From: Tubulanus polymorphus
Lineage: Eukaryota > Animalia > Nemertea
Length of the DNA: 64,000 nucleotides
Assembly: GCF_964204645.1 (NCBI RefSeq)
Contig: NC_134028.1
Coordinates: 10,416,001 to 10,480,000 of the forward strand
Direction: 5' to 3'
Both the position numbers and the translations under genes were made by a program. The notes under the pieces are model-generated. The model saw only the letters and a program-made list of their open reading frames with translations, had not been told where the DNA came from and did no database searches. Below are positions 36,586 through 46,999 of the stretch, in pieces; positions within the stretch are counted from its first letter, which is position 1, and the number at the start of each line of letters is the position of its first letter.

Positions 36586-37544
36586 TTATTATACGTATTT
36601 CTTTACTGAATTGGTTAATATTTTAGAATCCTCTTCCATTTCTTCGACCAACGTCATCCTTTTTCATTCCTCGCTGCTTTTGATAAGTCAGTTTCGATTC
36701 CTTGATATCTAAATCATACCAGTTACAATACCTGCGTCACATGCGGACATACAGGAGCGCTTTTGCTTAATGCGCATGCGTTAATCATAATTATATATTC
36801 ATTCTATAAATTCTGTAAAATAGAAACAACACATGCGTTACATGCGTCACATGCGGCCATTTATGGCCGGTTTTGCTTAATGCGCATGCGCTAATCATAA
36901 TTATATATTCATTATGCAAATAGAAACGACCGAACATAGAACATTCACCAAGTAGATTTACACAATACATTATACAAGTTGTTCAGTCGTTTCTTCCAAT
37001 ACATCATTTGATTTCTATAAATACAATTTATAATTACAAACATTTTTCAATTGCCGGTAAATATTTAACTACATCAACAAATGTTAAACTTAATCATTGG
37101 AGTCTTAATGTTTTTGAAATTCTTATATAGTTTCTTCGTCGATGCGTATGGCGTTTTATTAATCTAAAAGATATTAGCGGCAACTCTAGCCATCTAAAAG
37201 ATATACTAAATACACTTAAATATATCTAAAGGTTTCATATTTAATAGCCCTAATAACTACAAAAAACAGAACTTACATTTAGATTTAGAATTGTAAACTA
37301 TAAACTCCTAATTTCGTTTCGAGAGATAGAATATCCTGAGCGTAATGTTACAGCGCCTGTTCATTTCTTGCCACGTCATCTGGTTCCGGTTCTAGAGTGT
37401 TCTCTACACGTTTGCAATAATGACTCATATGTCTCGGCGTCATAGTAACATCTGTAACAGCTGTGAATTTATAGATTTATTCAATAGTTCATTACATGAA
37501 ATGTATATAGGTTCAAATAGAATCATGTTCTAGTATAAACAGCT

Positions 37545-38108
37545 ATGCATTATTTCAATCACACTTTACTAACACTTTTAATGTTGTTTAAAAATCTAAC
37601 TCACACAAATATGAATATTGAAATAATGTTGTAAATATGTACTTTTATATTGAATAATCTGTCAATTTAAATGTTATTCATGTATATGATTATTTTAAGA
37701 GTAATAGGGGTAATGGGCTTTCAGGTTAAAGGTTGAATGGTCGAGTTCATTAATAACAAATATTAGAAGTAATTTAAAACTATAATATATTTTCATAACC
37801 GTGTGTATTTCAGTTGAATAATAGAATAATTATTATTATTAAAATATATTTGATTATATGAATTTGTGTATTGTAAATAAATCAATTGGTCGCGGAGCGG
37901 AGCGGTAGCGAAGTGGAGCGACCAATTGATTTAATACAATATGCTTTTTAAATTTAAATTATTGATATCTTAGAATAAATATTTAGTTATAATATAAAAT
38001 ACACACGGTTATGAAAATATATTATAGTTTTAAATTACTTTTAATGTTTTGTTTTTAATGAACTCGACCGTTCGACCTTTGGCTTGAAAGCCCATTACCC
38101 CTATTACT
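37545..38108 (-). repeat. Right TIR containing the same ~409-bp palindrome (37700-38108)
   Basis: Reverse complement of 20168-20728. Confidence 0.95.
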
Positions 38109-38114
38109 TCTGTG

Positions 38115-41100
38115 AAGTAGAAAACCTAACCGGGAAAAAAGAGGATTATGAACTTGATAATTATACAATGTTATACATACCAGAAAACCGAGGTATTGCA
38201 CTTTACTACCATGACTCGGTTGTGTGTCACAAACTTGACGACAAAGTAATCAAATGGAGCAACTCTATCTGGGTAAAACTGCGCTGTAATTTCAATAACG
38301 TTATTTTAGTGTCTGTTATAGGTCGCCCTCACAATCTGCTGACCTACGTAAAGATTACTTTAAAGAACTGAAAAACTATTTCTCTTGCTCAACAGCAATT
38401 AAACACCGTTAACGACTCGCTTCTGATCTTTGGAGATTTTAACAGTAAAAATAATCTCTTTTGCAAATCTGACACTACTGACACTTCAGGTCGCCAACTT
38501 AAGATTTTAATAGACGACTTACATCTTAACCAAGTAATGATAAATGAACCCACCCGTATCACCCCAGATAGTTCTTCTTGCATCGACTTACTACTAACAG
38601 ATTCTCCCGGTCATCTTCTTCAGCATGATGTTATAGCCCCAATCGAAAAATCGGATCACTGCGCTCTCTCTGTTAAACTCAATTCGCGTTGCACCGCGCC
38701 AAACACAAACGCCGAAAAAATTATCTGGAAATACGACCAATGCAACCTGGCGGAGCTTAACCGGAGTATCAATACATACGACTGGAGCCCTATTCTCGAC
38801 AAGAACGTGAATGATTGCACGCTCCTACTTTCAACTAAACTTATGAATTTCTTCAAAGCCAACATACCACACGCAATTAAAAACATTAAACCAAATGACC
38901 AACCGTGGTTCAGTCCAAAATTAAACACGGCTATTAATAAGCGTCAACGTCTATATAATCTTTTAAACGTACACAAAGCATCTTCCACCTAAATCGTTAT
39001 GACGAACAAGATTCTCTAGTACAGGCAATGATTAAAAATCCGCGGATCAGCTACCAAAATAACTTGCTTGATCGTCTCGATCATGCCGCGACTAACGTTA
39101 AAGGCTACTGGTTCTTAATAAAGAAACTAATGGGTAATAAATTCCAGTCTATCATTCCACCCTTAATTGACCCTGTGTCCAACCGTACAGTTCAATGTCA
39201 AGTTGACAAGGCTCATTTATTCCTCAGTAATTTGATAGCGAAATATCACTTACCAGTTAATAACGACCCTGCACTCCCTGTTTTTCCAAATAGATGCCCC
39301 CATAATATAAACTTACCGCGAACTAATCCAGCTGATGTTCGCAAAGTTATCCTTAATCTTGATACAAACAAAGCATGTGGCTATGACCTAATGACAAATA
39401 AAATGCTGAAACTGTGTGTCGATAGTTTATCCCCTTTATTAGCACGACTTTTTAACAAACTTATTGATGATAGCTCTTTCCCTGAGTGTTGGAAACTTGG
39501 AACGGTCACTGTCATGTACAAGAAAGGCTCAGGCAGTAAATCTAACCCGGCAAACTACAGACCTATAACACTTCTACCCTCACTATCTAAAGTATTTGAA
39601 AGAATTGTGTACAACAGTATTAGTCATCACTTATTAAGCAACGACCTTATTTACTCTAACCGATCCGGTTTCCTTGCGGGTCACTCGACAGCGGACCAGC
39701 TTTTGGTTATTACCTCCTTCTTATTCGATAATTTTAATCGCAACAAATATACTCGCTCGGTCTTCCTGGACATTTCTGCTGCGTTTGACACCCTTCCTCA
39801 TTATCTCCTCATCCACAAGCTAAAATCCGACGGTATTACTGGAAATGCGCTGTCTTTGATTTCAAGCTACCTCGATAACCGCCGGATACGCATTTAAGTC
39901 GACTCAACTTGCTCGGACGTATCTCCGGATGGCTATATCAACACTGGTGTGCCCCAGGGTTCGATCTTGGGGCCTCTTTTATTCCTACTCTACATTAATG
40001 ATCTCCGAGATAAACTCATTTCTAAAACGTTCCTTTATGCAGACGACACCTCTCTTTATATCCCAATTGACCCAGAAAACCCCGCAGCTGGAAACGCGAT
40101 ACTGCAATCGGACCTAAATAAGATCTTTGAGTGGTCGCAAACATGGTGCCTATCCTTTAAACCCTCGAAAAGCGTCGATATGATTTTTAGTAAGAAAGGC
40201 TCTAAAAAGTTTGCCGCGCTGACGTTGGGAAACGAAGTCATTCCGAGCAAAAAAACCCACAAACATTTAGGATTCATCTTTGACGAGAATCTCTCGTTTA
40301 ATGACCATGTGGAGTCTCTAGCAAATAAGGTGCAAAAATTAATAAATCCACTGAAGCACATCCCGGTTTGTTACATCCCGTCATCTCAATAATATTTATT
40401 CGTCCTTCATTAGCCCTCATTTCGACTATGGAGATATAATGTACAACAGTGCAAGTAAAGCCTCCCTCGCAAAACTGGACCGAGTCCACTACTCAGCAGC
40501 TCTTTGCGTTTCCGGGTGTATTCTTGGCTCGAATTCTAGCTAAGTCCTTTCTTGTCTCAACTGGAAAACACTCGATACTCGTAGGAAAGAACGACTTCAA
40601 ACATATATCTACCGAGTCTCATCAGGAAATATTCCCTACTTACGTCTCTACTATCTTTAATACATACAAATCGGTTCGACCTCGCTTCATCAGAAATCCT
40701 CGACCCTTCACCATACCAGCCGGCACTAGTGCGAAAATTCGTTCGTCTCCCTCTTTTTTACTCATGGACACCTGGAACAACACCGACAATAATCTTCGCT
40801 CGCTGACAACGCTTTCCCTATTTAAGTCTTGTATCAAACATCAAGTTTCGACTGCTGTTCCAACCTACTTGATTAAGGACATAAACCGAGATGAAGAAAT
40901 TTCACTTAACCGATTACGCGCCGACCTCCTTTTAAAATCTATATTGTATGTTCACAACTTTATTAATGTCCGTAATCCTACATGCAACTTGTGTAACAAA
41001 CCAGCTAACACTAAACACTTTATGCTTAAATGCCAGTCACCTGGTCACAAAGCAAAAATCGACTCTCTGTTTTCCTCATTCGACAATAAAATAACTGACC

Positions 41101-41320
41101 ACATCTCAAATCTCACTGAAACGAATAAGATAAACTTCCTACTTAACGGCAACATCTCCCTTTTCGACCTTCGTACTAACACTCAAATGCTAAAAAATGT
41201 TTCAAAATTTATTCTTAGTAACTACTAACGATTCCAACATTAGACACCTACACTTGTACAGTACCTGCTCTGTTAGCCATTTCATATAAACCATCGTGTA
41301 ACATTTCTAAATTTATGTCT
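38115..41320 (+). mobile_element. Non-LTR retrotransposon (CR1/L2-like group) ORF2: APE, RT and C-terminal Cys/His region, degenerate
   Basis: GDFN, PTR..SCIDL, SDH (APE); [33 protein letters not shown] (RT); C-terminal CNLC..HFMLKC; multiple frameshifts. Confidence 0.92.
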
Positions 41321-41413
41321 GGTATCCCATAATTCTGTAACGCTAGAATATGATACTTCACTCTCTGGGTTATAATATAAATCTCTTAAATATAGTTCTT
41401 TTTTCATCTTATT

Positions 41414-41776
41414 TTAATCCATTAATAATAATCTTGGTTTATTTTCAATCACTTTATCATTTGATTTATTTGCTGGTATAATAGGTTTATCATCATCATT
41501 ATCATTATTGTTATTAAATTTAGATTTATATATTACGCCAGAGAATACAATTACTGTGATTAACCCAATTGTAATATATAAGTTATTATCTCTTCCAGTA
41601 TTAGAAGAATTAGATAAATTATTTTTCGAATTAATATCAGATAATTTCTGTGATTCATTTATATCACTTAATTTCTTTTTCTTAGCTCTTTTTAATTCTG
41701 AAGATCTTTTACCTAATTCCCTAGCCCATTTAATTTGTTTCTCAGATCTAGGTTTCTTCTTAATATCATAACTCAT
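41414..41776 (-). CDS. Basic single-TM protein (copy B)
   Basis: RSEKQIKWARELGKRSSELK shared with 34627-34995. Confidence 0.75.
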   Translation of the reverse strand: MSYDIKKKPRSEKQIKWARELGKRSSELKRAKKKKLSDINESQKLSDINSKNNLSNSSNTGRDNNLYITIGLITVIVFSGVIYKSKFNNNNDNDDDKPIIPANKSNDKVIENKPRLLLMD

Positions 41777-42344
41777 TTATTTTAGTTAATTTTTGTTCTG
41801 ATTCAATATCTTCTGATTTACTTTTAGCTTTACATACTATAGGTTTGATATTAGAAAATGTTATTACTCCAGTAGAAATTACTGTCATTATTCCTCCTAA
41901 TTGAAATGAATTGTATCCAACCCATTTCTGTAATTCTGTCATAACTAAGTAGTCATTTTTTAAAACAGTATATAATTGATTTTCATCATCAATTGGTATA
42001 ATCCGGTTACATAATTTAGAATAACATTTTATAATACCATCTTTTATAGAGTCATTTATTCCAGCTAATCTAGCTTCTTCGTATATTTTGAAATGTTTGA
42101 TTACTTTATCTGGTTTCATGGCATCTAGTTCTTGATAAGTTATAAATCTATTTAAGAATTCCTTAGATTTGCAACCGGCAATTAGTAATTCTAGATGGTG
42201 CTTACATGTTAGATAGTACTCGTAATCAATATCATTATCAACTTGAGCACAATTAGTTACAACTGTATCATTATTGCCAATAATACCTAAATCCTCAATT
42301 GTCTTTTCAATATAAGTATTATTCTTATTAAATTTCTTTGACAT
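41766..42344 (-). CDS. Homologue of 34988-35596 (copy B)
   Basis: Shared DTVVTNCAQV, CKHHLELLIAG, LKNDYLVMTELQKWVGY. Confidence 0.75.
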   Translation of the reverse strand: MSKKFNKNNTYIEKTIEDLGIIGNNDTVVTNCAQVDNDIDYEYYLTCKHHLELLIAGCKSKEFLNRFITYQELDAMKPDKVIKHFKIYEEARLAGINDSIKDGIIKCYSKLCNRIIPIDDENQLYTVLKNDYLVMTELQKWVGYNSFQLGGIMTVISTGVITFSNIKPIVCKAKSKSEDIESEQKLTKINEL

Positions 42345-43309
42345 TTATATTAGAGAAAAAAGCGAAAAAAAATATTATAATACTATTTAGATAAAGTTAT
42401 AAAGAATTTTAAATACTAGCTAGGTGAAGATATGTAATTTTTATTCAAATCTTATCAAAATCGATTTAATCTCTTTTTGAAAAGAAAATATTAGATTTTG
42501 AAAAAAATTAAAATAGAAATAATGGCTAGTTGAAGATATGTAATTTTTAATACTTAGGATTTAAAATATCTCACTACTTTTGTCTATCTATTAGGAATGC
42601 AGGAATCAATAAAGTATAATACAACATCTGTCTCTGTAACCATTAACAACGACTGAATGACGCAACTATGATTCCGGCAAATGTAATGCATTGAAAGTCT
42701 ATAGTCTATAGACTTTTGATAAAACTGTTACAGTCTCATGAGTTGAAATATCCATAATTTCTGATTCCACACCCTTCCATATTCACTTTCATGACTCAAA
42801 TAGCAATGGTCTTCTTGTTAGGCGTAGCATTTTGTTATCTAAAAGATAAATATCTAGCGTAGAATAAAACTAACTTGAAGTTGTAGTTGTCAACTATGAA
42901 TGACAGCGCTAAACATGTTTAACGTTTCCCGACGCCTTAATAACAACAAAAACGGTACTTACATTTAGAGCTGTAAACTCCTAATTGTGTTTCTAGAGAG
43001 AAATCCTATGCGTTCTGTATATTCCGTCTGTTCAGTTCGGGAGTCGCAATAATAATACACCCACGCACTGTCTGCGCTTTTAGAAACGAGGAACAGATGT
43101 TCTTTTATGATGAAATTAATTAATTCTTTTCAACTGAAAGAGCACGTTCGATCAATATTCAAATGAGGTACTACTCCCTATTCAACTGAATTTATAACAT
43201 GCGACAGATGCTAGTATAATTGCATAGGCAGTTTGACATACATCGAGAGTTACCGGTTTTCTAAACGTTTATAAAGATACAACGTATTTTTCATTATGTG
43301 TTGAGTTCC

Positions 43310-43888
43310 ATAATTCAACAAATGTCTTTGCTTTACACAGCTGATCTAAATATATTTTTAAATCTAGTTTGTTTCCTTTCCTAATATTTTCAACTTCATG
43401 ATCAATATGAAATAATTCACCATAGTTTTTTTCATTCATTTAATCATCGAATTGATATATAATCCATGATTTGAGATATTCATCTGAACAACCCAATAAA
43501 TTAGATAGTGTAACTGAATGCGCTTCTTTACTGAATAATTTTGTTAATCTAGAACTTAAACATTGTTTCAATTTAAAATTAAGATCTGTTTGATATCTTT
43601 CTTTATGATATTCATTAAAATGTTCACGATTATTACCCCTCCATTCTCTCATATATTCGGGGTGATTTTCTCTCCATTCCTTTTGATAATCTGGGTTATT
43701 TGCTCGGTATTGCTTATTCATTTCCTTAACACAAGTTCTACAATAACTTTGCTTATCATCTTTCTGAGTTTTATAATTATAATATTCCGAGAGAGTTCTT
43801 TATTCAATTCACATTTTGAACATTTCTTATAGTATATATTAACAACACTATTTGTAATATTGATAGTTTGTGATTGTTCTGACTCCAT
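43310..43888 (-). pseudogene. HNH-like endonuclease (copy B), internally deleted
   Basis: MESEQSQTINI start; ERYQTDLNFKLKQCL, LLGCSDEYLKSWI, HIDH. Confidence 0.75.
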
Positions 43889-43919
43889 TTATTATACATA
43901 TTTTTTTACTAAAATTTGA

Positions 43920-44208
43920 TTAACACGCTAGAATCTTTTTCATTATTTCCTTTTCTTTCTCTTCTTCTCTTTTAAATTTTAAGCATTCTTCTAAATTGCA
44001 ACCATAAGCAACTGTATGAATTCCATCATCCAAAATATATCTTTTATCATCGAAAGGATTCAAACTTATCTTCTCTATATCTTCAATAAACATCTCGTGA
44101 TCTTCAGATCTTAAACATTTCATCTTATGTTTTCTAACTTCTTCATTGAATATACAATTGATGTAATCTTTGAAATGAATATGGTTTTCTACTACGCTTT
44201 TGGTAATA
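43920..44208 (-). pseudogene. polB: pPolB C-terminal fragment (copy B)
   Basis: ITKSVVE..KISLNPFDDKRYILDDGIHTVAYG nearly identical to 24520-24806. Confidence 0.9.
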
Positions 44209-44328
44209 GCACAGCGCACCTAACACGTCATCAGCTCATGAATATTAATGAGCTGATTCAATGCAACCCGGAAGTCAGGCAAGCACTCGAGTGGCTGACT
44301 TCATTGTATTACAATTGAATAGAGAATA

Positions 44329-46995
44329 ATGCCCGATTTAATCATAACGCTTTCTGAAGATGTACCTGGAGCCATATTAACTGGTGAATTTAGCCACTAT
44401 GATATTTTACGTCTAAAGAGGTGGTTGGAATGTCGTGGCCTGAAAACAGGAGGGAAAAAAGCTGATCTCATTCAGCGGTAAGTATCTTCTTGTTTATGTT
44501 CTGTCTAAACACTGCTCTGTTTGTTCAAGCCATAGTTGGTTTAAAGAAGTGTGTTGCGATTATTCATTTAACAGTATATCAGCTATGATTAAGTGATTTT
44601 CATTTTTGCTTAACTTTCGATATTGTCTAAGTTTTTTAGACCATAATTGCAATTCCATATAGGCCTAGGCCTAACACTTAATCAACATAGAAACTATGAG
44701 GTATGCATTTTGATTTTTAGGCCCAGAAAAAGTTAGCGAATTGACTCAATTTATAGAATTCAAACCTTGTATATTTTCAGGTGTAAAGAAGCAAGAGAAT
44801 TTCAAAAACCAATTGATATTAAAATAGACAGAGGAAAATGGTATGAGGAAAAGCTGCCACAGCAGAGCACCACAAATCCAGCGGCTCAAACCACTCTACC
44901 AATCACTGGTTGGACTGACTTTAAGCCTGAATCTCTCCCTCAGCTATTCAACTATGGACATGTATATCATTGGATAATAGAATCGATGCCGTCCCTACCC
45001 ATAACGTGTGTAACCACCGGTGATGACAGTGCCGCAGAGGAAATTCAAGATACAGATGATTCCTTAATGACACAAAAACAATTAAAGCGAGGCAGGCAGT
45101 ATGTTAAATCGGGATTTGTTCATGACATTCTGGTAAAAACCTCAAATGACACTGTACATTTCAAAGCAAAGGTCGATGCATCGATGAACAAGAAAATTAA
45201 TTATAGAAAATTATTTGACGCCTGCAAAAAAAATGTAGAATTTCTGGGCTAAGCTAATGTGGAATTGCAAATTTAAAATCGAAGTTTTAAGAAATTTGGG
45301 GAATGATGAGATTTGGCGATTGGGTAGATGATACAGGTCTTCGACTCTAGTAGTGGTTTAAATTTTTTTATTGAAAATTCTCAATAATTGATCGCGAACT
45401 TGCGACCGACTTCATTTACTTATGCCTCTAAGCTGGTCTGCAACTTCATTGCCTCCATGGTTGAAGAAAGAGCTCTTCTGATGTCTGCTTCATCATGACT
45501 TCGAGCATATCGTGTGGCCTAGCCAGCCGGCCCGGTCCTCGGGCCCGGGCCACGGATTTGGCTGTCACTCGATATCCTAGAGTCTTGAGTCTGGGTGGGT
45601 TGAAGTAGACATTGTCATTTAAAATAACATGCTTATGTTGTTCTGTATGAATTACCCGTGTGTCATGTATGTTGTATTAATTTATTTTAAAATTTGTATT
45701 TATTGAATTTGGGAATTTTATCCCGGAATTTCAATGTAATAAGGATCAATAAAGAATTGAATTGAATTGTCACCTAATACACATGCCATCAGAGGACGCG
45801 GAGCCGTATATGACAGCTATGCTATTATAAATTGCTAATCTCACGAAACCTGCATACTCCTAATATCAAACATATTTTCTAAAACGTTTGAATATTGAAA
45901 TTATATGTTTACACATTTTCATATTAACCGCTTGTAGCCGCTGATGAAATTCACGCCGGCCCTACACACATCGTAGATAGCTTCGTCATTCCACCGGCAT
46001 GCCACGTCAGGGTCTGACTTTTATATCAGACTTCCGCATCGTGTATACATCCGCCATTTAACCGAATAATCCGATTTACTTATCATTTCTATTTATGCCT
46101 GCCGCTTCTGATATAATCATACATCCTTTACTATTACAATACGTCTTCTAATGATATTCAATGCAATATAACATTTCGACGTTCAAATATAGGTCATTAT
46201 ATAATCACAGGAAGCCATTCTACATCTATGTCAATAATATTTTGCCAGATAGCTTGTTTGTGTACACATCATAGACCTGTGACGTTTTGCACATCGATTT
46301 ACGGCTGTCGTTTGTAAAATGACGCTGAATGGTCAACATTGTTAAGGTTTCATAATGGTAACGTTTTATAAGGCGTCAAAAAAATGACACTGTACATTTC
46401 AAAGCAAAGGTCGATGCATCAATGAAAAAAGATACATATAATGTAACAGCATCGCTTTCTAAAATTAGCGGGTCAATCAAAGATGCAAGTTGTCATTGCA
46501 ATTCATCATCTCTATCTCGCTGTAGTCATATATCTGCTTTACTTTTATGCCTCAGTGATTTTGTAGGTAAGCAGTCACCAGCTTGTACATCAGTCCCTTG
46601 CCAATGGAAAAAATGTGGTAAAAAGAAAGACCCCACTAGTATAAACAAAGCGACGTATCATAGTTCAAAGGCAAACAATGAAATAATTAAATTCGACCCG
46701 AGGCCTAAAAATCACAAAACGATCAGTATGATTGCGAAAAACAATTTTCTAGGAGATTTATCTCTGCAAGAATCTCCCAGCATGTGGCAGACTCTGCTGT
46801 CTTATCAATATGATGATTACCCGTTGACCAGTGAAAGAAAATCTATACTTTTAGATTTGAAAAATCTCGTTAAATCTAATCTTTCACCCACTGGACAGTT
46901 GTTTAGTAAAAATGCTGTGATGGTACCTAATACTGAAAATCAATCCACATGTGATGCTTGGTATTCCAATCGATATCTTAGGATGACTGCTCATA
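44329..46995 (+). pseudogene. Spliced SAP + SWIM + YqaJ/lambda-exonuclease gene of a DNA transposon (ISL2EU/Kolobok-like), interrupted and truncated
   Basis: Exon 44329-44477 (LKRWLECRGLKTGGKKADLIQR, SAP); GTAAGT..TTTTCAG intron 44478-44780; exon from 44781; SWIM CHC..CSH at ~46490-46530; YqaJ start QSTCDAWYSNRYLRMTA. Confidence 0.75.
45189..46381. mobile_element. 1.2-kb non-coding insertion flanked by a 45-bp direct repeat
   Basis: 45144-45188 matches 46382-46426 with one mismatch; subterminal inverted TTTGACGCCT/AGGCGTCAAA. Confidence 0.65.
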
Positions 46996-46999
46996 CAAG

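Larger units (their letters stand above)
20168..38108. mobile_element. Full-length Polinton/Maverick (polintovirus/adintovirus-like) copy A, 17.9 kb
   Basis: AGTAATAG...CTATTACT termini, ~560-bp TIRs, 6-bp TSD TCTGTG (20162-20167, 38109-38114); pPolB, capsid genes, ATPase and integrase; AT-rich and intronless. Confidence 0.96.
41325..44208 (-). mobile_element. Older Polinton copy B, right part (integrase 5' end, two ORFs, HNH-like gene, polB 3' end)
   Basis: Homologous to 34538-36600 and, at 43920-44208, to polB 24520-24806 on the opposite strand. Confidence 0.9.
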
